Shown here piece after piece: positions 9,911-16,669 of a DNA stretch of 32,000 nucleotides. This DNA is from Microcystis aeruginosa NIES-843. Its GTDB lineage: Bacteria > Cyanobacteriota > Cyanobacteriia > Cyanobacteriales > Microcystaceae. The stretch lies in contig NC_010296.1 in the NCBI RefSeq assembly GCF_000010625.1, positions 1,620,001 to 1,652,000 of the forward strand, in the 5' to 3' direction. Every line of letters starts with the position of its first letter. Positions within the stretch are counted from its first letter, which is position 1. A program made the translations under genes and the position numbers. The notes under the pieces were generated by a model that worked only from the letters and a program-made list of their open reading frames with translations, ran no database searches and was not told the origin of the DNA.

Positions 9911-11599
9911 ATGAGTAAAAACTCCCGACGAGTCGATTTTCCTGATTTACCCGGGCTAAAAAACCTGCGCTCCTATCAATGGCAGTGGCTGGGCCGAGAT
10001 ATACTCGCCGGTGTCACCGTGGCGGCCTACGCTATTCCCCAGTGTATGGCTTACGGGGACCTGGCCGGGGTCGATCCCGTGGTGGGATTGTGGACTCTCG
10101 TGCCAGCCGCCCTAGTTTACGCCCTTTTCGGCTCCTCATCGCAACTATCCCTCGGACCAGAATCGACCACGGCAGTGATGACGGCGGCAGCGATCGCACC
10201 GATGGTGAGCCTTCAAGGAGAAAATTACGGCAGTTTAGCGGCTTTTTTAGCCCTAATGGTCGGTTTAATCTGTTTAGTTGGTTATATCGCTCGCTTGGGA
10301 TTTTTAGCTAATTTACTCTCCAAACCGATCCTGATCGGTTATATGGCGGGAGTGGCGGTGATCATGATTGCCGGACAACTGGGTAAAATTAGTGGTTTGT
10401 CAATCGGTGAAAATACGGTTTTTAAAGAAATTTTAGCTTTTTTTCGGGGAATAAACCAATGGCACTGGCCAACCCTTAGCCTCGCTCTATTGCTGCTACT
10501 ATTTCTATTTGTCATCCAAAAATATTTTCCCAAAGCACCGGGTCCCTTGCTGGCGGTTTTACTGGGAACCCTCGCCGTCGCCACCCTCCATCTCGATGGA
10601 GAGGGGGTGGCAGTAGTGGGGAAAATTAGCAATACTTTGCCGAATTTTGGCTTACCAACCCTAGATTTTTCCCAATTACTACCCCTAGTAACCGCAGCCG
10701 TCGGCATTGCCCTGGTGGGCTATTCCGATAACGTCTTGACCGCCAGAGCCTTCGCCGCACGTCATAACCAAGAAATCGATGCCAATCAAGAATTTTTAGC
10801 CCTAGGACTGGGGAATCTGGCGGCGGGTTTTTGTCAGGGATTTCCCATCAGCAGCAGCGCCAGTCGCACCGCGGTGGGCGATTCGGTGGGCAGTAAAAGT
10901 CAACTTTACTCCCTGGTGGTGGCAGTGGTGGTGGTGGCGGTCATTTTCCTGCTCGGTCCAGTACTGGCACTCTTTCCGAAGGCTGCCTTGGGTGCGCTGG
11001 TGATTTATGCGGCCTGTAAACTGGTGGATATTGCTGGCGCTAAACGACTAAAAAGCTTTCGCAATAGTGAGTTTAATCTCGCTGTCCTGACCATGGTGGG
11101 GGTGCTAACCACGGGGATTTTAAGCGGGGTTGCCATCGCCATCGGTCTCTCGGTTATCGATTTATTGGCCCGCATTACTCGGCCCGATGATGCGGTCTTG
11201 GGTACGGTTCCGGGGGTGATGGGTTTACACGCGCTCCAGGATTGGCCGGAAGCGCAAACAATACCGGGTTTAGTTATCTATCGTTACGATGCCCCCTTAT
11301 TTTTTGCTAATGCGGCCGACTTTAAACGTCGCGCCCTCAGCGCCATTGCCCGGGAGACAAAACCGGTAGAATGGTTTGTCTTGAATACGGAGGCCCTTGG
11401 GGAATTGGATAGTACAGCAGTGGAGATTCTTGAGGAATTAGCGGCAGAATTATCAAGACGGGGTATAGTTTTTGCCCTCGCTAGGGTTAAACACGATCTG
11501 TACTTACAATTGCAACTTTCTCGCTTGTTAGATAAAGTTAGCGAGGAGAGAATTTACTATACTTTGCCGGCGGCGATCGAAGCTTTTAAAAATCGTTAA
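9911..11599 (+). CDS. SulP-family inorganic anion (sulfate) permease with a C-terminal STAS domain
   Basis: 562 aa. It has the polytopic SulP core (AIPQCMAYGDLAGV, GFPISSSASRTAV) and a STAS-like tail (VIYRYDAPLFFANA..). Confidence 0.9.
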   Translation: MSKNSRRVDFPDLPGLKNLRSYQWQWLGRDILAGVTVAAYAIPQCMAYGDLAGVDPVVGLWTLVPAALVYALFGSSSQLSLGPESTTAVMTAAAIAPMVSLQGENYGSLAAFLALMVGLICLVGYIARLGFLANLLSKPILIGYMAGVAVIMIAGQLGKISGLSIGENTVFKEILAFFRGINQWHWPTLSLALLLLLFLFVIQKYFPKAPGPLLAVLLGTLAVATLHLDGEGVAVVGKISNTLPNFGLPTLDFSQLLPLVTAAVGIALVGYSDNVLTARAFAARHNQEIDANQEFLALGLGNLAAGFCQGFPISSSASRTAVGDSVGSKSQLYSLVVAVVVVAVIFLLGPVLALFPKAALGALVIYAACKLVDIAGAKRLKSFRNSEFNLAVLTMVGVLTTGILSGVAIAIGLSVIDLLARITRPDDAVLGTVPGVMGLHALQDWPEAQTIPGLVIYRYDAPLFFANAADFKRRALSAIARETKPVEWFVLNTEALGELDSTAVEILEELAAELSRRGIVFALARVKHDLYLQLQLSRLLDKVSEERIYYTLPAAIEAFKNR

Positions 11600-11797
11600 C
11601 TGATAGTTAGGGGTCGAGAAGGTCGTCGCCGACCTCCCCTCCCATAAAGAACCTACCCGTCCATAGTTTTCGCACTTTATTGAAATTAGCTGATAGAGTT
11701 GTCTAAGTTGGGCTTCCGTCGGTTGCATTTAGTCATTATCGGCTTGATTTTAGATTATTGTTCATTTTTAGCATCATTAACTGAAAGTCACTTCCCT

Positions 11798-11853
11798 AAC
11801 CTATTTAGCATCAGTTTAACCCATTTTTCAAGAATCTAGGCTAGAATATAAAG
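11798..11853 (+). repeat. Left copy of a direct repeat of about 57 bp that brackets the DUF433/DUF5615 cassette
   Basis: AACCTATTTAgcatcagTTTAAcCCATTTTTCAAGAaTCTaGGCTAgaATATaAAG. About 45/57 identical to 12452-12508 by eye. Confidence 0.7.
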
Positions 11854-11909
11854 ACAAGACGTATTGCTCTGGGTTAATCTACTCTGTAGAAGCTAAGAAG
11901 GTAATCAAA

Positions 11910-12128
11910 ATGGCTAAATATTCGCCTCTTATCCATGTATCTCCTGAAACTATGAGTGGTGTTCCTGTTTTTTCAGGTACTAGAGTTCCGATACAAACAC
12001 TTTTTGATTATCTTAAAGCAGGAGAATCAATTGATGATTTTTTAGAGGGTTTTCCAACGGTAACAAGAGAACAAGTTATTAGCTTACTTGCAGAATTTGA
12101 AAAAGAGCTTATTGATAGGGTAGCGTGA
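11910..12128 (+). CDS. DUF433-family antitoxin-like protein
   Basis: 72 aa (..PETMSGVPVFSGTRVPIQTLFDYLKAGESIDDFLEGFPTVTREQV..), which is the typical DUF433 signature. The next gene starts 1 nt after its stop. Confidence 0.85.
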   Translation: MAKYSPLIHVSPETMSGVPVFSGTRVPIQTLFDYLKAGESIDDFLEGFPTVTREQVISLLAEFEKELIDRVA

Positions 12129-12129
12129 A

Positions 12130-12450
12130 ATGAGGCTTCTTTTAGATGAATGTATTGACCGAAGATTAATGAGGGAGTTTACAGGTTATAATATCAAAAC
12201 TGTTCCGCAAATGGGATGGACTGGGATCAAGAATGGTCAACTGTTAGGTTTAGCTTCACAAGAATTTGATATTTTTATTACAGTGGATAAGAATTTGCCG
12301 TTTGAGCAAAATTTACCGCAGTTTAATCTAGCTATTATTATTTTACAATCACAATCAAATCGTTTGGCTGATTTAAAGCCTTTGGTCCCTAAAGTTTTAG
12401 AAGTTTTGGCAACAGTAACAAAAGGAACAGCAACAGTAGTAAGTTTATAA
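12130..12450 (+). CDS. DUF5615-family PIN-like toxin partner of DUF433
   Basis: 106 aa beginning MRLLLDECIDRRL, with ..IFITVDKNL.. The size, N-terminal acidic motif and adjacency to DUF433 match the known DUF433/DUF5615 pairing. Confidence 0.8.
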   Translation: MRLLLDECIDRRLMREFTGYNIKTVPQMGWTGIKNGQLLGLASQEFDIFITVDKNLPFEQNLPQFNLAIIILQSQSNRLADLKPLVPKVLEVLATVTKGTATVVSL

Positions 12451-12451
12451 C

Positions 12452-12508
12452 AACCTATTTAAAATGAATTTAAGCCATTTTTCAAGAGTCTGGGCTAAGA
12501 TATTAAGG
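12452..12508 (+). repeat. Right copy of the direct repeat bracketing the TA cassette
   Basis: It starts 2 nt after the toxin stop and is followed by a 9-bp-stem hairpin at 12513-12538 (GCTGCATTA/TAATGCAGC). Confidence 0.7.
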
Positions 12509-12582
12509 CAATGCTGCATTACACTGCGTTAATGCAGCCTACAAAATTGGTGATCGCACTCGATGAGATGATAAAATATCAA

Positions 12583-12963
12583 TTATTGAAGAACAAAGCT
12601 ATCTCCTCCATTAAATCGATAATATTTGATACCAGTTGCGTCATCTGTGACAGTAATACTATTAGGATTACATTTGCTCATTCCCGATGGACCACTACCA
12701 CCACCAAAATTGAAAAAAGGAGCCATCGCTATACATTTTCCAGCTGACACAGGAACATAACAATAATCACCGCTAACTGAAGCACCAGATATATTAGGTT
12801 CAACTATTTGTCTTTCATTAATAAACATAGGTCCTGTTTTACACTGATACTGACGACGAGATTGGCTAATTAAAATATCATTACTCATATTGTTTGCTTG
12901 TATGGGAGCAGAATGAATTAATCCCACACCAATGAACATAAAAAGGATTTTAATGACTCTCAT
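12583..12963 (-). CDS. Orphan secreted protein (126 aa) with a signal peptide and Cys-containing mature part
   Basis: The N-terminus MRVIKILFMFIGVGLIHSAPIQA-NN looks like a Sec signal with an AxA-like site. The mature part has 4 Cys and a GGGSGPSG loop. No family was recognised, and the local sequence is AT-rich. Confidence 0.6.
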   Translation of the reverse strand: MRVIKILFMFIGVGLIHSAPIQANNMSNDILISQSRRQYQCKTGPMFINERQIVEPNISGASVSGDYCYVPVSAGKCIAMAPFFNFGGGSGPSGMSKCNPNSITVTDDATGIKYYRFNGGDSFVLQ

Positions 12964-13031
12964 AGTGAGTAGTTACTGCAAAAACAACCATAAACAGTAC
13001 CATCCTAACTAATAAGTTTAAACATTTTCAA

Positions 13032-13110
13032 GACGGAAAAAAACGGATATTGTCGGAAGTTTTGTTAACTATGTTTACAAATATCGGAAAATAACGGATA
13101 ATGACGGTAT
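13032..13110. promoter_or_regulatory. Two clusters of three CGG-centred sites at exact 10-bp phasing (putative operator/iteron array)
   Basis: CGG occurs at 13034, 13044 and 13054 (gACGGAAAAAaACGGATATTgTCGGAAG). It occurs again at 13085, 13095 and 13105 (aTCGGAAAATaACGGATAATgACGGTAT). The background is otherwise AT-rich, and the array ends 2 nt before the ATG at 13112. Confidence 0.5.
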
Positions 13111-13111
13111 T

Positions 13112-13639
13112 ATGTCCCCAAATCTTAACATTACTCCCATGGATACCCAAGAAGTCTTCTCACTTATTGATAATCTGGTTTTTGACCACACGGGAAAGCA
13201 TCTCGATACATTGCAATTAGGGATTTTAAAGAACGTTTTTGATGGTCAGAAATATGCAAAAATAGCAGAAAAATATAATTGTTCTGAAGGTCATGCCAGA
13301 GATAAAGCCTATGAACTTTGGCGCATTCTTTCGGAAGTGTTAGGGGAAGAATTAAATAAATCAACTGTTCGAGCAGCAATTGAAAGGTTAATTGTCAGCA
13401 ATAGTATTAATAATTTGGGTAATAAATCTGTAAAAATTGATCAGGTTACTTTCTGTCATAACCCTTCTAATAATCGAGAAATAGAAAATTATCATATTGA
13501 TAAAACTGAAAACAATGTTATTAAAGCAAAACTAGAAACTGTTCCCAAACTAATAGGATTAGGATTAACAATCGAACAAATTGCTCAAGCTCTTGATTTA
13601 GATATACAATTAATTTTAGATAGTCTCAAACCAGAGTAA
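13112..13639 (+). CDS. Stand-alone HTH protein (175 aa)
   Basis: N-terminal LDTLQLGILKNVFDGQKYAKIAEKYNCSEGHARDKAYELWRILSEVLGEEL resembles the sigma-70 region-4/LuxR-like module often found at the N-terminus of large cyanobacterial STAND/WD40 proteins. C-terminal KLETVPKLIGLGLTIEQIAQALDLDIQLI is a second HTH-like motif. Confidence 0.7.
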   Translation: MSPNLNITPMDTQEVFSLIDNLVFDHTGKHLDTLQLGILKNVFDGQKYAKIAEKYNCSEGHARDKAYELWRILSEVLGEELNKSTVRAAIERLIVSNSINNLGNKSVKIDQVTFCHNPSNNREIENYHIDKTENNVIKAKLETVPKLIGLGLTIEQIAQALDLDIQLILDSLKPE

Positions 13640-14030
13640 CTTTGATAACTTTATCAAGATATGGATGTCAAGCTGCTTTGATACACAATTGACAAGGATA
13701 GGGAAATGGAGAAATTTCAACTAATACCCCAAAACTAAACCGCCAACCCCAACATCTAGAACTGCTATAGTTAAAAAATGCCTTAAATTATCTTGCTTAG
13801 TGTCAAAAACAATGAGCTAATTAAGTCCCGCCGCTGCTAGAGAAATTGAACGCTGGAGTTAAAGCAATCGCCTGAGTTTTTCCTATCTGCGTTTGGCAGA
13901 ATTTAGGGCGCGTTAAACGGCGACAATCTCTGCTTAAACTTGAATCTAACAATCCGTCGTAACGCACCTATCTATCATTAATTTATTTGTTGAGTTACGC
14001 TGTGGAAGGGCGCACCCTACTACATTCATA

Positions 14031-14057
14031 ATTGATAATTTCTCATAGCTGTTATAA
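14031..14057 (+). promoter_or_regulatory. Putative sigma-70-type promoter of Uma2 copy 1
   Basis: TTGATA (14031-14036), a 15-bp spacer, then a perfect TATAAT (14052-14057), 31 nt upstream of the ATG. A GGGGA Shine-Dalgarno-like motif precedes the ATG. Confidence 0.4.
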
Positions 14058-14088
14058 TTAGATAACTCTCCCAGTCAGGGGAAAAACT

Positions 14089-14874
14089 ATGACAACTCTC
14101 GACATTTTACCAGAAGTTACCTGTCCCCCCACGGATTTATGGAGTGATGAACCACCCTTGGAAAGTGATTTACACCTGCAACAGATCATAATTCTTCTCA
14201 GTTGTCTAGAATTGTTATGGCAAGAGAAAAACGATTACTACGCTTCCGGTAATCTGACTATCTACTATAACGAAGAACAACTGAAAAAGCGCGATTTCTG
14301 TGGTCCAGATTTTTTTGTGGTTTTAGATACAGAAAAACGTCCCCGCAAAAGTTGGGTGGTTTGGGGAGAACAGGGTAAATATCCCAATGTAATCGTCGAG
14401 ATTATTTCCGATTCTACGGCCAATATTGACCGCACTAAAAAGAAAATTCTCTACCAAAATACTTTTCGCACTCCTAATTATTTTTGGTTCGATCCCAATA
14501 CCTTAGAATTGCAAGGATTTACGATACTTGAGGGACAATATCAAGCTATTTCTCCGAATGACCAGGGTTATCTATGGAGTGAACAGTTAGGATTATATTT
14601 AGGAATATTTGACCGTAAACTGCGTTATTTTACCGCCGATGGTCAACTGGTTCCCACTCCCCAAGAAGCTGAATTACAGCAAAGACAAGCAAAGGAACAG
14701 ATTCTTTTAGAAAGGGAACAGATTCTTTTAGAAAAGGAACAAGAACGACAGGCAAAAGAACAGGCTTTTTTAGAAAAAGAACAAGAACGACAGGCAAAAG
14801 AACAAGAACGACAAGCTAAGGAAAGATTAGCGGCAAAATTACGAGAATTAGGCATCAATCCTGAGACAATTTAG
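14089..14874 (+). CDS. Uma2-family (DUF820) PD-(D/E)XK-fold putative endonuclease, copy 1
   Basis: 261 aa. It has the core motifs GPDFFVV and VIVEIISDST...KKK, and a C-terminal EQERQAKEQ coiled-coil repeat with an LAAKLRELGINP tail typical of cyanobacterial Uma2 proteins. Confidence 0.88.
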   Translation: MTTLDILPEVTCPPTDLWSDEPPLESDLHLQQIIILLSCLELLWQEKNDYYASGNLTIYYNEEQLKKRDFCGPDFFVVLDTEKRPRKSWVVWGEQGKYPNVIVEIISDSTANIDRTKKKILYQNTFRTPNYFWFDPNTLELQGFTILEGQYQAISPNDQGYLWSEQLGLYLGIFDRKLRYFTADGQLVPTPQEAELQQRQAKEQILLEREQILLEKEQERQAKEQAFLEKEQERQAKEQERQAKERLAAKLRELGINPETI

Positions 14875-14905
14875 CCAGTTAAAATTCCCCATTCCTAATT
14901 CCTAA

Positions 14906-14932
14906 TTGATAATTTCTCATAGCTGTTATAAT
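14906..14932 (+). promoter_or_regulatory. Putative sigma-70-type promoter of Uma2 copy 2
   Basis: The same TTGATA-15 bp-TATAAT arrangement was duplicated along with the gene. Confidence 0.4.
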
Positions 14933-14962
14933 TAGATCAATGTCCCAGCCAGGGGAAAAACT

Positions 14963-15769
14963 ATGACAACTCTCGACATTTTACCAGAAGTCACCTGTCC
15001 CCCCACGGATTTATGGAGTGATGAACCACCCTTGGAAAGTGATTTACACCTGCAACAGATCATAATTCTTCTGAGTTGTCTAGAATTATTATGGCAAGAG
15101 AAAAACGATTACTACGCTTCCGGTAATCTGACTATCTACTATAACGAAGAACAACTGAAAAAGCGCGATTTCTGTGGTCCTGATTTTTTTGTGGTTTTAG
15201 ATACAGAAAAACGTCCCCGCAAAAGTTGGGTGGTTTGGGGAGAACAGGGAAAATATCCCAATGTAATCGTCGAGATTCTCTCCGATTCTACGGCCAATAT
15301 TGACCGCAATAAAAAGAAAATTCTCTACCAAAATACTTTTCGCACTCCTAATTATTTTTGGTTCGATCCTAATACCTTAGAATGGCAGGGATTTAGACTA
15401 ATTGAGGGACAATATCAAGCTATTTCTGCCAATGAGCAGGGTTATCTATGGAGTGAACAGTTAGGATTATATTTAGGCATATTTGACCGGAAACTGCGTT
15501 ATTTTACCGTCGATGGTCAACTGGTTCCCACTCCCCAAGAAGCTGAATTACAGCAAAGACAAGCAAAGGAACAGATTCTTTTAGAAAGGGAACAGATTCT
15601 TTTAGAAAAGGAACAAGAACGACAGGCAAAAGAACAGGCTTTTTTAGAAAAAGAACAAGAACGACAGGCAAAAGAACAGGCTCTTTTAGAAAAAGAACAA
15701 GAACGACAAGCTAAGGAAAGATTAGCGGCAAAATTACGAGAATTAGGCATCAACCCCCAGACAATTTAG
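14963..15769 (+). CDS. Uma2-family (DUF820) PD-(D/E)XK-fold putative endonuclease, copy 2
   Basis: 268 aa. It is a tandem paralogue of 14089-14874 at an 874-bp period, with 10 amino-acid replacements and a 7-aa (21-bp) insertion in the C-terminal repeat. Confidence 0.88.
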   Translation: MTTLDILPEVTCPPTDLWSDEPPLESDLHLQQIIILLSCLELLWQEKNDYYASGNLTIYYNEEQLKKRDFCGPDFFVVLDTEKRPRKSWVVWGEQGKYPNVIVEILSDSTANIDRNKKKILYQNTFRTPNYFWFDPNTLEWQGFRLIEGQYQAISANEQGYLWSEQLGLYLGIFDRKLRYFTVDGQLVPTPQEAELQQRQAKEQILLEREQILLEKEQERQAKEQAFLEKEQERQAKEQALLEKEQERQAKERLAAKLRELGINPQTI

Positions 15770-15843
15770 CCGGTTAAAATCTGCAAACAGCGATCGATAA
15801 CCCCTTGAGTTACAATTATCTTGATTTGACTGGACAGACTTGA

Positions 15844-16449
15844 ATGCAACTCACTCCCGAACAATACAAAGAAAAAATGCAGCGCCGCAAGGTCATCCAA
15901 GAGGAACGTTTAGCCGAAAAAATCGCTGAAAAAGGTTTAATTATCGTTAATACCGGCGATGGCAAGGGAAAAACCACGGCAGCCCTCGGTATGGTTTTAC
16001 GTTCCCTCGGTCATGGTTACAAAGTGGCGGTGGTACAATTTATCAAAGGTGCTTGGGAACCTGCCGAACAAAAGATTTTTAGTGTTTGGGGGGAACAAAT
16101 CGAGTTTTATGCTATGGGGGAAGGTTTCACCTGGGAAACTCAAGATAGAGAAAGAGATATAGAGAAAGCCCAAGAAGCATGGCAAAAAGCCCTAACTTTT
16201 CTCGAAAATCCCCAATATAAGTTAATTTTACTCGATGAGATCAATATCGCCCTTAAATTCGGCTATCTGGATATTCAGGAAATTATCGCTGGTTTAGCCC
16301 GAAAACCCGCTAATTCTCACGTTATTCTCACTGGTAGAGGAGCTTTACCCGAATTAATCGAGATAGCGGATTTAGTCACGGAAATGAAGTTAATTAAACA
16401 TCCCTTTCGTCAACAGGGAGTAAAAGCGCAACCCGGCATCGAATTTTAA
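15844..16449 (+). CDS. cobO: Cob(I)yrinic acid a,c-diamide adenosyltransferase
   Basis: 201 aa. It has the P-loop GDGKGKTTAALG and the CobO/BtuR-type sequence VVQFIKG...ILLDEIN. Confidence 0.9.
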   Translation: MQLTPEQYKEKMQRRKVIQEERLAEKIAEKGLIIVNTGDGKGKTTAALGMVLRSLGHGYKVAVVQFIKGAWEPAEQKIFSVWGEQIEFYAMGEGFTWETQDRERDIEKAQEAWQKALTFLENPQYKLILLDEINIALKFGYLDIQEIIAGLARKPANSHVILTGRGALPELIEIADLVTEMKLIKHPFRQQGVKAQPGIEF

Positions 16450-16452
16450 TTA

Positions 16453-16666
16453 GGGTTTGCGGCAAAAAGTTTTTCGTGGGGGCAGGGTGTGGGGTGTGGG
16501 GTGTGGGGTGTAGGGTTTTACCGATTTTGAGGTAGTCAGTTACCTAATTTTCAGGGAAAAAGTATCTGAATTTTACCCCCGATCCCTCCAATGGTCGGCA
16601 CTTTTTGAGGGAAAAAAAGTCTAAAAGCCTTATCCAACAAGGTTTTTAGATTTATTCAGCAAGCCC
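16453..16666 (+). mobile_element. MITE, subfamily 1 (214 bp), filling the cobO/aldo-keto-reductase convergent spacer
   Basis: GGGTTTGCGGCAAAAAGT...(GGGGTGT)n...TTATTCAGCAAGCCC, flanked by TA (16451-16452) and TA (16667-16668). The whole intergenic gap is only 220 bp. Confidence 0.85.
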
Positions 16667-16669
16667 TAA

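Noticed and set aside
9979-10707. Alternative-frame and antisense ORFs inside the SulP gene (9979-10311 plus strand, 10339-10707 minus strand)
   Set aside because: The products are Arg/Gly/Pro-rich nonsense, and the SulP frame is clearly the coding one.
11528-11728. 66-aa minus-strand ORF overlapping the SulP 3' end
   Set aside because: It overlaps a well-supported gene, has no motifs, and lies over the putative 3' structure of SulP.
12511-12747. 78-aa plus-strand ORF antisense to the secreted-protein gene
   Set aside because: It has no motifs and a TTTT-type low-complexity stretch. The minus-strand ORF has a convincing signal peptide. The region is kept only as a possible antisense transcript in the direct-repeat finding.
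14643-15753. Antisense ORFs with CRSCSFS repeats (14643-14858 and 15517-15753)
   Set aside because: They are the reverse-frame translation of the Uma2 EQERQAKEQ coding repeat and are an artefact of it.
15770-15843. Possible cobalamin riboswitch upstream of cobO
   Set aside because: The spacer is only 74 nt, and I see no B12-box-like core. It is too short for the aptamer.
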